Shown one piece after another: positions 49,046-58,710 of a DNA stretch of 64,000 nt (the first letter of the stretch is position 1; each line of letters starts with the position of its first letter). This DNA comes from Phycisphaerales bacterium (lineage in GTDB: Bacteria; Planctomycetota; Phycisphaerae; WQYP01): the NCBI GenBank assembly GCA_027451365.1, contig DAIDJN010000029.1:26210-90209 (forward strand), given 5' to 3'. The translations under genes and the position numbers were made by a program. The notes below the pieces were generated by a model that saw only the letters and a program-made list of their open reading frames with translations, did not search any database and was not told the origin of the DNA.

Positions 49046-49975
49046 ATGGAATATCGGATTCTGGGCAAAACCGGCCTGAAAATTTCAGTGCTAGGGTATG
49101 GAGCTTCATCGCTGGGGGCGGTGTTTCGTGATATTAACGAAGAAGACGCCCTTCAAAGTGTCCGCGTTTCACTGGATATGGGCGTGAATTTTATCGATGT
49201 ATCCCCGTTTTACGGACTTACCCGCGCTGAATCCATGCTGGGCAAAGCGCTGAAGGGAATCCCCCGTGACCGCTATCTGATGGCCACTAAAGTCGGGCGG
49301 TATGGTCAGACCGAATTTGATTTTTCAGCCAAACGCGTTATCGCCAGTGTGGATGAAAGCCTCAGCCGTATGGGCCTGGACCACGTGGACCTGATTCAAT
49401 GCCACGACATTGAATTTGGTGATCTGGATCAGGTTATAAACGAAACGATTCCCGCCTTGCGCAAAGTGTGTCAGGCAGGCAAAGCGCGGTTTGTGGGCGT
49501 AACCGGATTCCCCCTTAAGGCACTCCAATATGTCTCGGATCGTACGCCAATTGATTCGATTCTTTCCTATTGCCATTACAGCCTGAACAACACACTTTTG
49601 CAAAATGCGATTCCCGCCTTTAAGGCCTGCGGCGTGGGCGTGATCAGCGCGTCGCCGCTGTCCATGGGGCTGCTATCCAATCGCGGAGCGCCGGCATGGC
49701 ACCCGGCCTCGGCGGACGTTCGGGATGCATGTGCCAGGGCGGCCGCCCATTGCCGTTCCAGAGGGGCGGATATTGCCCGGCTGGCGGTGCAAATGGCCAT
49801 TATGAATCCGGATATTGCCTGCACGGTGGTCGGGTCCGCCAGCAGTGCCAACATGCGGGAAAATATCAAATGGTGCGGCGAAAAGCCCGACGCGGCACTT
49901 CTTTCTGAAGTACTGGAAATACTTAAGCCGGTGCACAATAAAATATGGACCAGCGGCAAGCCTGAATACAACTGA
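49046..49975 (+). CDS. Aldo/keto reductase, L-galactose dehydrogenase-like
   Basis: LGYGASSLG, IDVSPFYG, TKVGRYG, CHDIEF, ILSYCHY and ASPLSMGLL motifs. Confidence 0.8.
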   Translation: MEYRILGKTGLKISVLGYGASSLGAVFRDINEEDALQSVRVSLDMGVNFIDVSPFYGLTRAESMLGKALKGIPRDRYLMATKVGRYGQTEFDFSAKRVIASVDESLSRMGLDHVDLIQCHDIEFGDLDQVINETIPALRKVCQAGKARFVGVTGFPLKALQYVSDRTPIDSILSYCHYSLNNTLLQNAIPAFKACGVGVISASPLSMGLLSNRGAPAWHPASADVRDACARAAAHCRSRGADIARLAVQMAIMNPDIACTVVGSASSANMRENIKWCGEKPDAALLSEVLEILKPVHNKIWTSGKPEYN

Positions 49976-50030
49976 ATCAGCCGATATTTTAAATTGTCAG
50001 AACTTCTGGAAAAATTCGATGAGCCTCAAT

Positions 50031-51047
50031 ATGAAAATAGTGGTCCTTTCCCAACCGGGTCAATTCAGGATTAGTCAATCTGAAAAGCCGGCCGCCCCCG
50101 CGGCCGGTCAGGTGCTGGTTCGCGTGGCCACCATCGGAATCTGCGGAACCGATATGCACGCCTATCGCGGCAAACAGCCTTTCTTTTCCTACCCACGCGT
50201 GTTGGGTCATGAACTTGGTGTGGAAGTGATGGCCCTCGGAGACGGTGTCAACCGCGTTAAGATCGGCGACCGCTGTGCCGTGGAACCCTACCTGAATTGC
50301 GGGCAATGCATTGCCTGTCGCCGCGGAAAATCGAACTGCTGTGTAAAACTTGCGGTGCTGGGTGTGCATGTGGATGGCGGTTTTTGTGAATACCTGATTC
50401 TGCCGCAGGAAAAACTGCATGTCTCGGCGAAATTGTCTTTTGAACAATTGTCTCTGGTGGAAACACTCGGCATAGGGGCCCACGCAGTGAACCGCGCTCA
50501 GGTGACCTCCGACGAATGGGCGCTGGTTATCGGCGCTGGTCCGATTGGTCTTGGCGTCATGCAGTTTGCGCGCGCCGCCGGCGCCAGGGTAATCGCACTG
50601 GACATCAACCCGGCGCGTCTGGATTTCTGCAGAACGCAATTGGGCGTCGATGCGGCCGTTCTGGCTGGTGAACAGGCGGCTGCCGAAGTTTCCAGCATCA
50701 CCAATGGTGACATGCCGACGGTTGTGTTTGATGCCACCGGAAATGCCGGTTCCATGATGGGGGCGTTTAATCTGGCGGCCAGTGGCGGCAAATTGGTGTT
50801 TGTAGGCCTGTTTCGCGGAGATGTGACATTTGCCGATCCGGAATTTCACCGGCGGGAATTGACGCTTCTTGGCAGCCGAAATGCCATCGGCGCGGATTTC
50901 ACCAGAATTATTGATCTGGTGGAACGCGGCGTGGTCGATACCCGTCCATGGATTACGCATCGGGCGTCGCTTTGGGATATTCCTGAAAAAATGCCGCAAT
51001 GGCTGGAGCCCGCGGCAGGAGTGATCAAGGCTGTGGTAAGCGTGTAA
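50031..51047 (+). CDS. Zn-dependent dehydrogenase, L-galactonate 5-dehydrogenase (LgoD/YjjN)-like
   Basis: GICGTD, QPFFSYPRVLGHE, a structural four-Cys Zn site, LGVHVDGG, GAGPIG and DPEFHRRELTLLGSRNA. Start is 50019 or 50031. Confidence 0.82.
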   Translation: MKIVVLSQPGQFRISQSEKPAAPAAGQVLVRVATIGICGTDMHAYRGKQPFFSYPRVLGHELGVEVMALGDGVNRVKIGDRCAVEPYLNCGQCIACRRGKSNCCVKLAVLGVHVDGGFCEYLILPQEKLHVSAKLSFEQLSLVETLGIGAHAVNRAQVTSDEWALVIGAGPIGLGVMQFARAAGARVIALDINPARLDFCRTQLGVDAAVLAGEQAAAEVSSITNGDMPTVVFDATGNAGSMMGAFNLAASGGKLVFVGLFRGDVTFADPEFHRRELTLLGSRNAIGADFTRIIDLVERGVVDTRPWITHRASLWDIPEKMPQWLEPAAGVIKAVVSV

Positions 51048-51135
51048 GACGGATGGCGACTTAACGGGCCGCTCCTTCGTGCATTTGCCGCTTGCGCGTT
51101 AAATGTGAAGTAAAAAGTTCGGAAAGGAAAATGTC

Positions 51136-52383
51136 ATGGAACTCGCAAAGTTCAGTTGCGGTATCGGAGACCGCTTTGGCCGCCAGGGACAGGCTCAACT
51201 GCAAGCCTTCATTGATTTTAAAAAATCAACCGGCATTACCCTGACCCCGGTCTGGAATAAATCGAACCGTGAGCACACCATTGTTCACACAGAGCCATCT
51301 TCAGTGCGGGCTGAAGCGGATGCCGCGGTCAAGGCTCTGGGATGGAGCGGTCCGTACCATGTGGATGCCGACCATATCAACATCAAAACTGTCGATCGGT
51401 TCATTGCCTGCAGTGATTTTTTTACTATTGATGTCGCCGATCTGATTGGCAAACCGGCGTCCGATGGCGAACTGGCTGAATTTGTGAAACAGGCTCAGTC
51501 GCTGGCCGGCAGGCTGGAACTGCCCGGGCTGTCCCATGCAATGACAATTACCGATGCGGACATTCGTCGCGTTGGCGCGACGTTTCTGGGAGCCGTTAAA
51601 GAGGCGGGGCGCGTTTACCGGCATATTCGGATTCAGCGCGGCGAAAATTTCATCCCGGAAATTTCAATGGATGAAACCGATGCTCCGCAGACACCTCCGG
51701 AACTTCTGCTGATTCTGGCCGCGATTGCCTGGGAAAAAATTCCAATTCAGACCATAGCGCCAAAATTCACCGGCCGCTTTAACAAGGGGGTGAATTATCA
51801 GGGAGACGTGCGGCAGTTTGAAAAGGAATTTCGGGATGATCTTGCGGTGATTGCCTTTGCCGTTGGCAAGTTTGGCCTGCCGCGTAACCTTAAGTTAAGC
51901 GTGCATTCCGGCAGTGATAAATTCGATATTTATGAGCCTATACGCCGCGCCATTCGGGACACCGGAGCGGGACTGCACGTAAAGACCGCCGGTACCACAT
52001 GGCTGGAGGAAGTGATTGGACTGGCAATGGCCGGCGGCCGCGGACTGGAAATAGCCCGCGGTATTTATATATCGGCTCTGGGGCGAATGGATGAACTCTG
52101 CGCGCCATATGCCACGGTCATTAGCATAGATCGAACCCTTTTGCCGACCGTTGAACAGGTCCGAAACTGGAGCGGTCCGGAATTTGCCCAGGCGCTTCGT
52201 CATGACCCGGCGTGTCCGCACTACAATCCGAATATGCGTCAGCTTGTGCATGTTGGATTCAAGGTCGCCGCACAGATGGAGGCGGAATATCTGTCCGCCT
52301 TGGATGAATTTGCGCCGGTTATCGCCAACGGGGTGAAGGAAAATATTCTTCACCGGCATCTCGAGAAAATATTCAAAATATGA
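51136..52383 (+). CDS. uxaE: Tagaturonate/fructuronate epimerase (UxaE family)
   Basis: GIGDRFG, WNKSNREH, DADHI, EISMDET, SVHSGSDKF and HVKTAGTTWLE motifs. Confidence 0.85.
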   Translation: MELAKFSCGIGDRFGRQGQAQLQAFIDFKKSTGITLTPVWNKSNREHTIVHTEPSSVRAEADAAVKALGWSGPYHVDADHINIKTVDRFIACSDFFTIDVADLIGKPASDGELAEFVKQAQSLAGRLELPGLSHAMTITDADIRRVGATFLGAVKEAGRVYRHIRIQRGENFIPEISMDETDAPQTPPELLLILAAIAWEKIPIQTIAPKFTGRFNKGVNYQGDVRQFEKEFRDDLAVIAFAVGKFGLPRNLKLSVHSGSDKFDIYEPIRRAIRDTGAGLHVKTAGTTWLEEVIGLAMAGGRGLEIARGIYISALGRMDELCAPYATVISIDRTLLPTVEQVRNWSGPEFAQALRHDPACPHYNPNMRQLVHVGFKVAAQMEAEYLSALDEFAPVIANGVKENILHRHLEKIFKI

Positions 52384-52478
52384 TTTCGGCGATGACGGCG
52401 GAGCGAACAGTTTCCGATCTGTCATTTTCCTCCGCGTACTGTTTACCCCCAGGATGGTGATTTAAATTGGAGTTCACA

Positions 52479-55400
52479 ATGATGGTTCGTACGGTTTGCC
52501 GCGGAGTAGCTTTTTGGATGGCCGCTCTCTCGCTGGCGGCACTTTTTTCAGTGACATGTGTCGCGGCGCGAGCCAATGACGATATTTTCCCGCCTCGGAC
52601 CGCAGCGGCGTCTTTTATTCATTTTGATGGCCGTGGATTCATTATTAACGGCAAACGCACGTATGTGCGTTCCGGCAGCTTCCATTATGCCCGTGTGCCA
52701 CGCGCCTTGTGGCGCGACCGGCTGGAAAAAATGAAACGGGCCGGTTTCAACACTGTGCAGACCTACGTATTCTGGAATTACCAGGAACCGCGGCCGGGGC
52801 AATTCCGCTTTACCGGCCGAGCGGATCTGGACGCATTTCTTAAACTCGCCAGAAGCGTTGGGCTTTACGCCACTGTGCGTATGGGGCCATATGACTGTGC
52901 CGAATGGGACTCGGGCGGCTATCCCGTGTTTTTGAGATTTATTCCCGGCCTCCAGGTGCGCGCCGATGATCCGGCGTTTATTCACGCTCTGGATAAATTC
53001 TGGAAGCGGCTGATACCCATTGTGGCTGAAAATCAGATCAACCATGGCGGAAATGTCATTCTGGTGCAAATGGAAAATGAGGATCCACAGGGCTGGGGCA
53101 CCGATATGCCTAATGCCTATTTCAGGCACATGTACAACATGACCCGGCGGCTGGGGATTCAGGTTCCCATTTTCTTCAGCGGGCTGCATCATGGTTCAGA
53201 TCCCGCCGGCAATAAACCCTGGAGCAGCCGCGGCCGAACGTCCCCTTGGTATTCCACTGAAACCTGGACCGGCTGGTACAACTTATACGGCAAAATGAAT
53301 CCCGGGAAATTCAGATTCACCGAAGACGCCCTCTGGCATAACGAAGCCTTTGGCGGCAATGGCCTGAATCTTTATATGCTCGTGGGCAGTACGAATTTTG
53401 GGCATTGGAACAACGATGAAATGCGGGCTTCCTATGACTACGCCGCCGGCATCGGTCAATTGGGTGATTTGCGACCGTTGTATTACCGTTATAAGCGCAT
53501 CAATTATTTTGCCCGTTCATTTCAGGCGGTTCTTGCCGACAGTGACAATGCCACCGCGCAATATGCGGACTTTGCCACCGGCAGGTCCATTCAGGTATAC
53601 GCCCGCAAAAGCCCCCAAGGCACGCTGGTGTTTCTGGCCAATACTGGGAATGTCGCGGCTGCCGCGCATTTAAAAGGCGGGGGCGTATTACACCTTCACC
53701 CGGCAGAATTCGTGCCATTGGTGCGCCATTTTGCCATCAGCAAATGGGTGAGCATTCAGCAGTCACGATCGCGGATTTTAAGTGTGGTTAAACAGGGTAA
53801 ATTTCTGACGGTCATTCTTTATGGCGCGGGCGAAGGAAATATTGAATTTAAGGTTGGTTCGCCAGACACGGTTGGCGCGCTGCCGCGTGGCTTTAGCTGG
53901 AAGAACAAAGCGGCGGGTCTGCTGGATTTTAATGTGTCATTCGCGCAACTCATGTCTCACCAGCGTTACACCTCCATTATGGCGGATGAGCCATTTCAAC
54001 GCACAATCAAAATAGGCGCGCACACGCTGCGGATTTTTTGTGAATCTTACCGGCAGGAGCATGTCACCTGGCTGGCGGGATACCATGGTATAAAGCAGAT
54101 TGTGATTGGCCCGACTTATGTGGACCGAATCGCCACGCGGTCCGGTGCCATGGCTTTGCGGATACAGCAGTTTGATCGCAAGGCACCCAATATCGCGGTG
54201 GTTTACGGTGCATCAGCCGAACCGGCTGTATTGGAAGGGAATCCGCCCGGCAGTGCGGGGCAAATTCCGGCGATACATTTCACGCATTGGCAAATGCACA
54301 CGCTTGTTGCACCCGCGGCGGCAACCTACAGCGACGCTGCCTGGGTCAAGACTCGCCTCCCGCGGCAAATGGGGTTTGACCATGGCTATCCGGGGGCGTA
54401 CACGTGGTATCGCTGCGCATTTAACTGGTCTGGCCCGCCGCAGAAAGCGGTGCTTCCGCTCTCCCATTTCGCGGATTGGGCCGCGGTATTTTTGAATGGG
54501 CAACTTGTCGGGCAGGGTACCGCGCCAATTAATCCGCGGGTTCACCTGATACCCGGAAAAAATACGCTGGCCATTTTTACTGTGAACAATGGCCGCAATA
54601 AATTGTTTGCCTATATCGGCCCCATACGCGATAAAGACCGCATGGGGTTATGGGGAACGGTCAACCTTTATAAAACCGCCGAATCGACCGTTCTGGCGCA
54701 TTGGCGCATGAAGCCGGTTGCTTCGTTGAAAGCCGGCAAGGCCATGATTGCCCGCAACCACCGCGGGGGCCATTGGAAGCCGGCGGTCGTCGGTCAAGAC
54801 GCATTTGACGGCCAGCCGGGCTTTGCGTGGTTTCATACCCGCCTGCCGGCGATTCCAGCCGGATATCTGGCTTCGGCCAAGTTCGATGATGTGGACGACA
54901 ATGGATGGATATATCTAAATGGTAAATTAATCGGCTCACATCGCGGCTGGGGGCGACCGTTTACGGTGTCGCTGGCCACGGCCCGTCATAACGGCACCAA
55001 CAGCTTTGATGTGCTGGTGCAAAACACATCCGGAGCCGGCGGTCTTATGGCAAAGGTGGTTCTGCATACTGACCAGCCGCTGGCCGGAGTCGGATCGCGG
55101 CCATTGACCCCCTGGCGAATGCGCGGCGGTCTGGGCAATTGGGCAACACACTGGCGTCCGCTGGGGGGGCATGCCCCCGGTGTTCCCTGCATGTATCAGG
55201 CTCATTTCCGCATGCCGAAAATAAAGGCCGGAACAACTGGTCTGCGCGCCCATGTCGTTTACCGTGTTTCGTGGGGACATCTGTTTGGCGGTGACGCTTG
55301 GATTAACGGCCATAACCTTGGGCGTTACCCGGACCCGCAGTGTCGGCGAGGATTGTATATCCCGTCGTGCTGGCTTAAATCCGGAACCAATTCGCTGACA

Positions 55401-55496
55401 ATTCTGGATGAAATGGGAGGGCTGCCGGACCAGGTCTATCTGCGGCCATCACAAACCGCTTCGCGATGGGTGGGGTGGCTTAAACCTCGAAAATAA
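52479..55496 (+). CDS. GH35 beta-galactosidase, secreted
   Basis: Signal peptide, SGSFHYARVP, TYVFWN, GPYDCAEWDSGG, QMENE, TETWTGW and SYDYAA motifs, plus C-terminal jelly-roll domains. Confidence 0.9.
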   Translation: MMVRTVCRGVAFWMAALSLAALFSVTCVAARANDDIFPPRTAAASFIHFDGRGFIINGKRTYVRSGSFHYARVPRALWRDRLEKMKRAGFNTVQTYVFWNYQEPRPGQFRFTGRADLDAFLKLARSVGLYATVRMGPYDCAEWDSGGYPVFLRFIPGLQVRADDPAFIHALDKFWKRLIPIVAENQINHGGNVILVQMENEDPQGWGTDMPNAYFRHMYNMTRRLGIQVPIFFSGLHHGSDPAGNKPWSSRGRTSPWYSTETWTGWYNLYGKMNPGKFRFTEDALWHNEAFGGNGLNLYMLVGSTNFGHWNNDEMRASYDYAAGIGQLGDLRPLYYRYKRINYFARSFQAVLADSDNATAQYADFATGRSIQVYARKSPQGTLVFLANTGNVAAAAHLKGGGVLHLHPAEFVPLVRHFAISKWVSIQQSRSRILSVVKQGKFLTVILYGAGEGNIEFKVGSPDTVGALPRGFSWKNKAAGLLDFNVSFAQLMSHQRYTSIMADEPFQRTIKIGAHTLRIFCESYRQEHVTWLAGYHGIKQIVIGPTYVDRIATRSGAMALRIQQFDRKAPNIAVVYGASAEPAVLEGNPPGSAGQIPAIHFTHWQMHTLVAPAAATYSDAAWVKTRLPRQMGFDHGYPGAYTWYRCAFNWSGPPQKAVLPLSHFADWAAVFLNGQLVGQGTAPINPRVHLIPGKNTLAIFTVNNGRNKLFAYIGPIRDKDRMGLWGTVNLYKTAESTVLAHWRMKPVASLKAGKAMIARNHRGGHWKPAVVGQDAFDGQPGFAWFHTRLPAIPAGYLASAKFDDVDDNGWIYLNGKLIGSHRGWGRPFTVSLATARHNGTNSFDVLVQNTSGAGGLMAKVVLHTDQPLAGVGSRPLTPWRMRGGLGNWATHWRPLGGHAPGVPCMYQAHFRMPKIKAGTTGLRAHVVYRVSWGHLFGGDAWINGHNLGRYPDPQCRRGLYIPSCWLKSGTNSLTILDEMGGLPDQVYLRPSQTASRWVGWLKPRK

Positions 55497-55689
55497 TTGA
55501 CTTTGGCCTTCTGGTAGCGTTTGTGATCCGGTAATCTCGGCAGCCGTGTTCATCGGAATTTCAATCGGATAACCGCGCGTTTCCAGGCTGAAAGCAGCCG
55601 TTTTCGGCAACCACGACAAATCCCGGTCCATTGGTGTAGAATAACCGGCGACAGGAAGGGTGGTTTGAAACGGAAAGGCAGGGTTTGTT

Positions 55690-57861
55690 ATGGCGGATAT
55701 GAAGCGTTCCGGCAGGAAATCCGGGCTGAAATCATCAGAAAAGGCTAAATCAGAATCGGTTGGCGGCGCGCCGCCGGCAAATCCGGATGGACTTGAGCCG
55801 CATGAAGCTGCGCAGGACCAACCGCGCGTCAATTACAAGGTGGTCGGGTTTGCTCCACCCTCTACAGTTGTCGCCGGCGGGATGGGTGTGGGTAACGCTG
55901 GAACACCGATCCGCAGATCTGTGGTGGTCGGTTCGGTACAAAACGCTCGTGGCGGGGGACCCAAGGCACCGGAACCGGTTTCACCCATTTGGCCCGGTCC
56001 GCCGCCAATTCCTGCGCGCAAGCCGGTGGAGAAAGTTCCGGAAACCGACGCCGGAGATGCCTCGGACGATTCCAAGCCACTTTTGTTTGAAGTGGCGTGG
56101 GAGGTCTGCTGGCAGTTGGGTGGCATTTATACGGTTATGCGCAGCAAGGCACCTTCCATGGTGGCCGCCTGGGGAGAGCGCTATTGCCTGGTGGGGCCGT
56201 ACAATGCGGAAACCGCCGCTGTGGAACTCGAATCCTGCGAGCCTGTCGGAATAGTGGCCGAGGCCGTTAAAAAGATGCGGGAACTTGGCGTCACCGTTCA
56301 TTGTGGCTATTGGCTTATCGAAGGTCGACCTCGTGTGATTCTGCTGGATTACGCCGAGGCGTTCAATCGCCTGGGTGAATTTAAATATATGCTTTGGAAA
56401 GACCACGGCATTCAAACCTACGATGACGACGGCGATACCAATAATGTTGTCGCGTTCGGGTTTCTGACGGGTCTTCTGTTTCAGGAAATCGCCCGGGCGA
56501 ACAATGGCAGGTTGCAACTGGTCGCTCATTTTCACGAATGGATGGCCGGTCTGGGCCTGATGCGTCTGGCATTTCTTAAACTTGCTGTGGCCACGGTGTT
56601 TACCACCCATGCGACGCTGCTGGGGCGGTATCTGTGCACGGATAATCCGGATTTTTATGCCAAACTCGATACGATCAATCCGGATCATGCCGCCGGGCAT
56701 TACCGCATTTATCCCCGCTATTGCATTGAACATGGCGCCAGCAACTGCGCGGACGTATTTACCACGGTTTCCGATGTGACCGCACTGGAGGCGGAAAAAC
56801 TGCTGCACCGCAAGCCGGATGTGGTGACCCCGAACGGCCTGAATATCCGCCGGTTTGAAGCCCTGCATGAATTTCAGACCATGCACCGCCAGTACAAAGA
56901 GGCGATTCACAGCTTTGTGGCTGCCCACTTTTTCCCATCCTACACGTTCGATCTTGACCGCACGCTGTATCTGTTCACCGCGGGGCGATATGAATACACC
57001 AACAAGGGAATTGATCTGTTTATTGAATCACTGGCGCGGCTGAACCACTGGCTGAAGTCCGGCGGGATTGATATGACGGTTGTGGCGTTTATCATTTCGC
57101 GGGCGCCATATAAATCTATAAATGTAGATGTATTGAGAAGTCAGGCGATGTTCGATGACCTGAAGCTGACCTGCGAACGCGTGTCCGAGGAAATGTCACA
57201 AAAACTGCTTTCCGTGGTCTGCACCGGGCGTCTGCCCGAGGGTCAGGAAATGCTTTCGCAGCAGGCGCAGGTGCGGTTGAAACGCGGGCTGCATGCCTGG
57301 CGGACCTGGCGCCAGCCGCCGATTGTCACCCACGATCTGTGGGATGACGCCAACGATTCGGTTCTGCAGAAACTCCGTGCGTGCAGGCTTTTTAATGCCA
57401 AAGATGACCGGGTAAAAGTCGTTTTCCATCCCGACTTCCTTTCCGCGACTTCGCCTCTCATCGGTCTGGATTACGATCAGTTTGTCCGCGGCTGTCACAT
57501 GGGCGTTTTCCCGAGCTATTACGAACCTTGGGGATATACGCCTATGGAATGCGTGGCCAGCGGCGTGCCCGCGGTGACCAGCGATCTGGCCGGATTCGGC
57601 AGCTATGTCAGCAAACATATTCAGGACCCCGCCAATAACGGGCTGTTTGTGGTCGGCCGCCGTTATGCCAATTTTGACCAGGCGGCGCATCAATTAACTG
57701 AAATTCTCTTTAATTATGCCCTGAAAGAACGCCGTGGAAGAATTGAATTGCGTAACCGGGTGGAACGACTCTCGGAGTATTTTGACTGGAACAATCTGGT
57801 CTCCCATTACGCGCACGCCCATCGTCTGGCTCTGTCCCGCAAGTCACAGGCCGCGGTGTAA
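55690..57861 (+). CDS. GT3 family glycogen synthase
   Basis: FEVAWEV...GGIYTV, HFHEW, FTTHATLLGR, AGRYEYTNKG and VFPSYYEPWGYTPMEC motifs. Confidence 0.93.
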   Translation: MADMKRSGRKSGLKSSEKAKSESVGGAPPANPDGLEPHEAAQDQPRVNYKVVGFAPPSTVVAGGMGVGNAGTPIRRSVVVGSVQNARGGGPKAPEPVSPIWPGPPPIPARKPVEKVPETDAGDASDDSKPLLFEVAWEVCWQLGGIYTVMRSKAPSMVAAWGERYCLVGPYNAETAAVELESCEPVGIVAEAVKKMRELGVTVHCGYWLIEGRPRVILLDYAEAFNRLGEFKYMLWKDHGIQTYDDDGDTNNVVAFGFLTGLLFQEIARANNGRLQLVAHFHEWMAGLGLMRLAFLKLAVATVFTTHATLLGRYLCTDNPDFYAKLDTINPDHAAGHYRIYPRYCIEHGASNCADVFTTVSDVTALEAEKLLHRKPDVVTPNGLNIRRFEALHEFQTMHRQYKEAIHSFVAAHFFPSYTFDLDRTLYLFTAGRYEYTNKGIDLFIESLARLNHWLKSGGIDMTVVAFIISRAPYKSINVDVLRSQAMFDDLKLTCERVSEEMSQKLLSVVCTGRLPEGQEMLSQQAQVRLKRGLHAWRTWRQPPIVTHDLWDDANDSVLQKLRACRLFNAKDDRVKVVFHPDFLSATSPLIGLDYDQFVRGCHMGVFPSYYEPWGYTPMECVASGVPAVTSDLAGFGSYVSKHIQDPANNGLFVVGRRYANFDQAAHQLTEILFNYALKERRGRIELRNRVERLSEYFDWNNLVSHYAHAHRLALSRKSQAAV

Positions 57862-57964
57862 ATCAACTTTCCGGTATCAGGCGGTTCGGTCGGACGTGCC
57901 CCGCGGGACCGCGGCTGGCGGACCATGCCCGCATGACGCCAGAAAAAATCGGCGGGGCAATGGC

Positions 57965-58675
57965 TCATGCCTCCGCTGTCGACTTGAGAGTAGCAATGAT
58001 CTCCACACTTGCCGAGCACCCCAGACGATCCGCACCGGCATTAAGCATCGCCATTGCAGTGGGCAGGTCTCGAATGCCACCGGACGCTTTCACGCGTAGA
58101 CCCCCGGCATATTGTTTCAGCCAGTGCACGGCCTGCACGGAGGCACCGCCCGTGGGATGAAATCCCGTGCTGGTCTTTACGAAATCCGCGCCTGCTTGCC
58201 GCGCCGCCCGGCATCCGAATTGAATCTGTTGTTCCGTCAGAACAGCAGTCTCAAGAATAACCTTCACAACTATTTTCGGGTTCACCCTCCGGGCCTCGCC
58301 GACCACTCGGGCCATATCATCCTGTGCTTCGGCCATATTTTCCGCCAGAATAGCCGGCAGAAACGCCACCATGTCCACTTCATCGGCCCCGGCCTGTGCG
58401 CACGCCGCGGCCTCGGCCGCCTTTATATGTGAAAAGCCGGCGCCGAGTGGAAATCCGACGCAGCCGCAGGCGGCAGGCCGATTTCCGGCCTGTCCCATGC
58501 CGCCGTCGTTATCGAGAAGTGTTCTAACCAGTGGAATCCACCGCGGGTTTACGCATACCGCCGCAAAATGGTGTTCTATCGCCTGGTGCACCAGCCGTCG
58601 GATTTGGACTTCGGTCGCTTCGGGTTTGAGCAACGTGTGGTCAATTAATCCGGCGAGTTCAATTGGTGTCATCAT
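57965..58675 (-). CDS. deoC: Deoxyribose-phosphate aldolase
   Basis: IDHTLLKP, VGFPLG, EVDMV, KVILET, FVKTSTGF and KASGGIR motifs. Confidence 0.96.
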   Translation of the reverse strand: MMTPIELAGLIDHTLLKPEATEVQIRRLVHQAIEHHFAAVCVNPRWIPLVRTLLDNDGGMGQAGNRPAACGCVGFPLGAGFSHIKAAEAAACAQAGADEVDMVAFLPAILAENMAEAQDDMARVVGEARRVNPKIVVKVILETAVLTEQQIQFGCRAARQAGADFVKTSTGFHPTGGASVQAVHWLKQYAGGLRVKASGGIRDLPTAMAMLNAGADRLGCSASVEIIATLKSTAEA

Positions 58676-58710
58676 GTGGTAATTCCATGCAGACCGGTGG
58701 ATAACATTGA

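Noticed and set aside
49989..50999. Long antisense ORFs (also 55981-56928, 40413-41288, 10079-10900, 35059-35850)
   Set aside because: They overlap well-supported genes, which is expected in GC-rich DNA, and carry no recognisable motifs.
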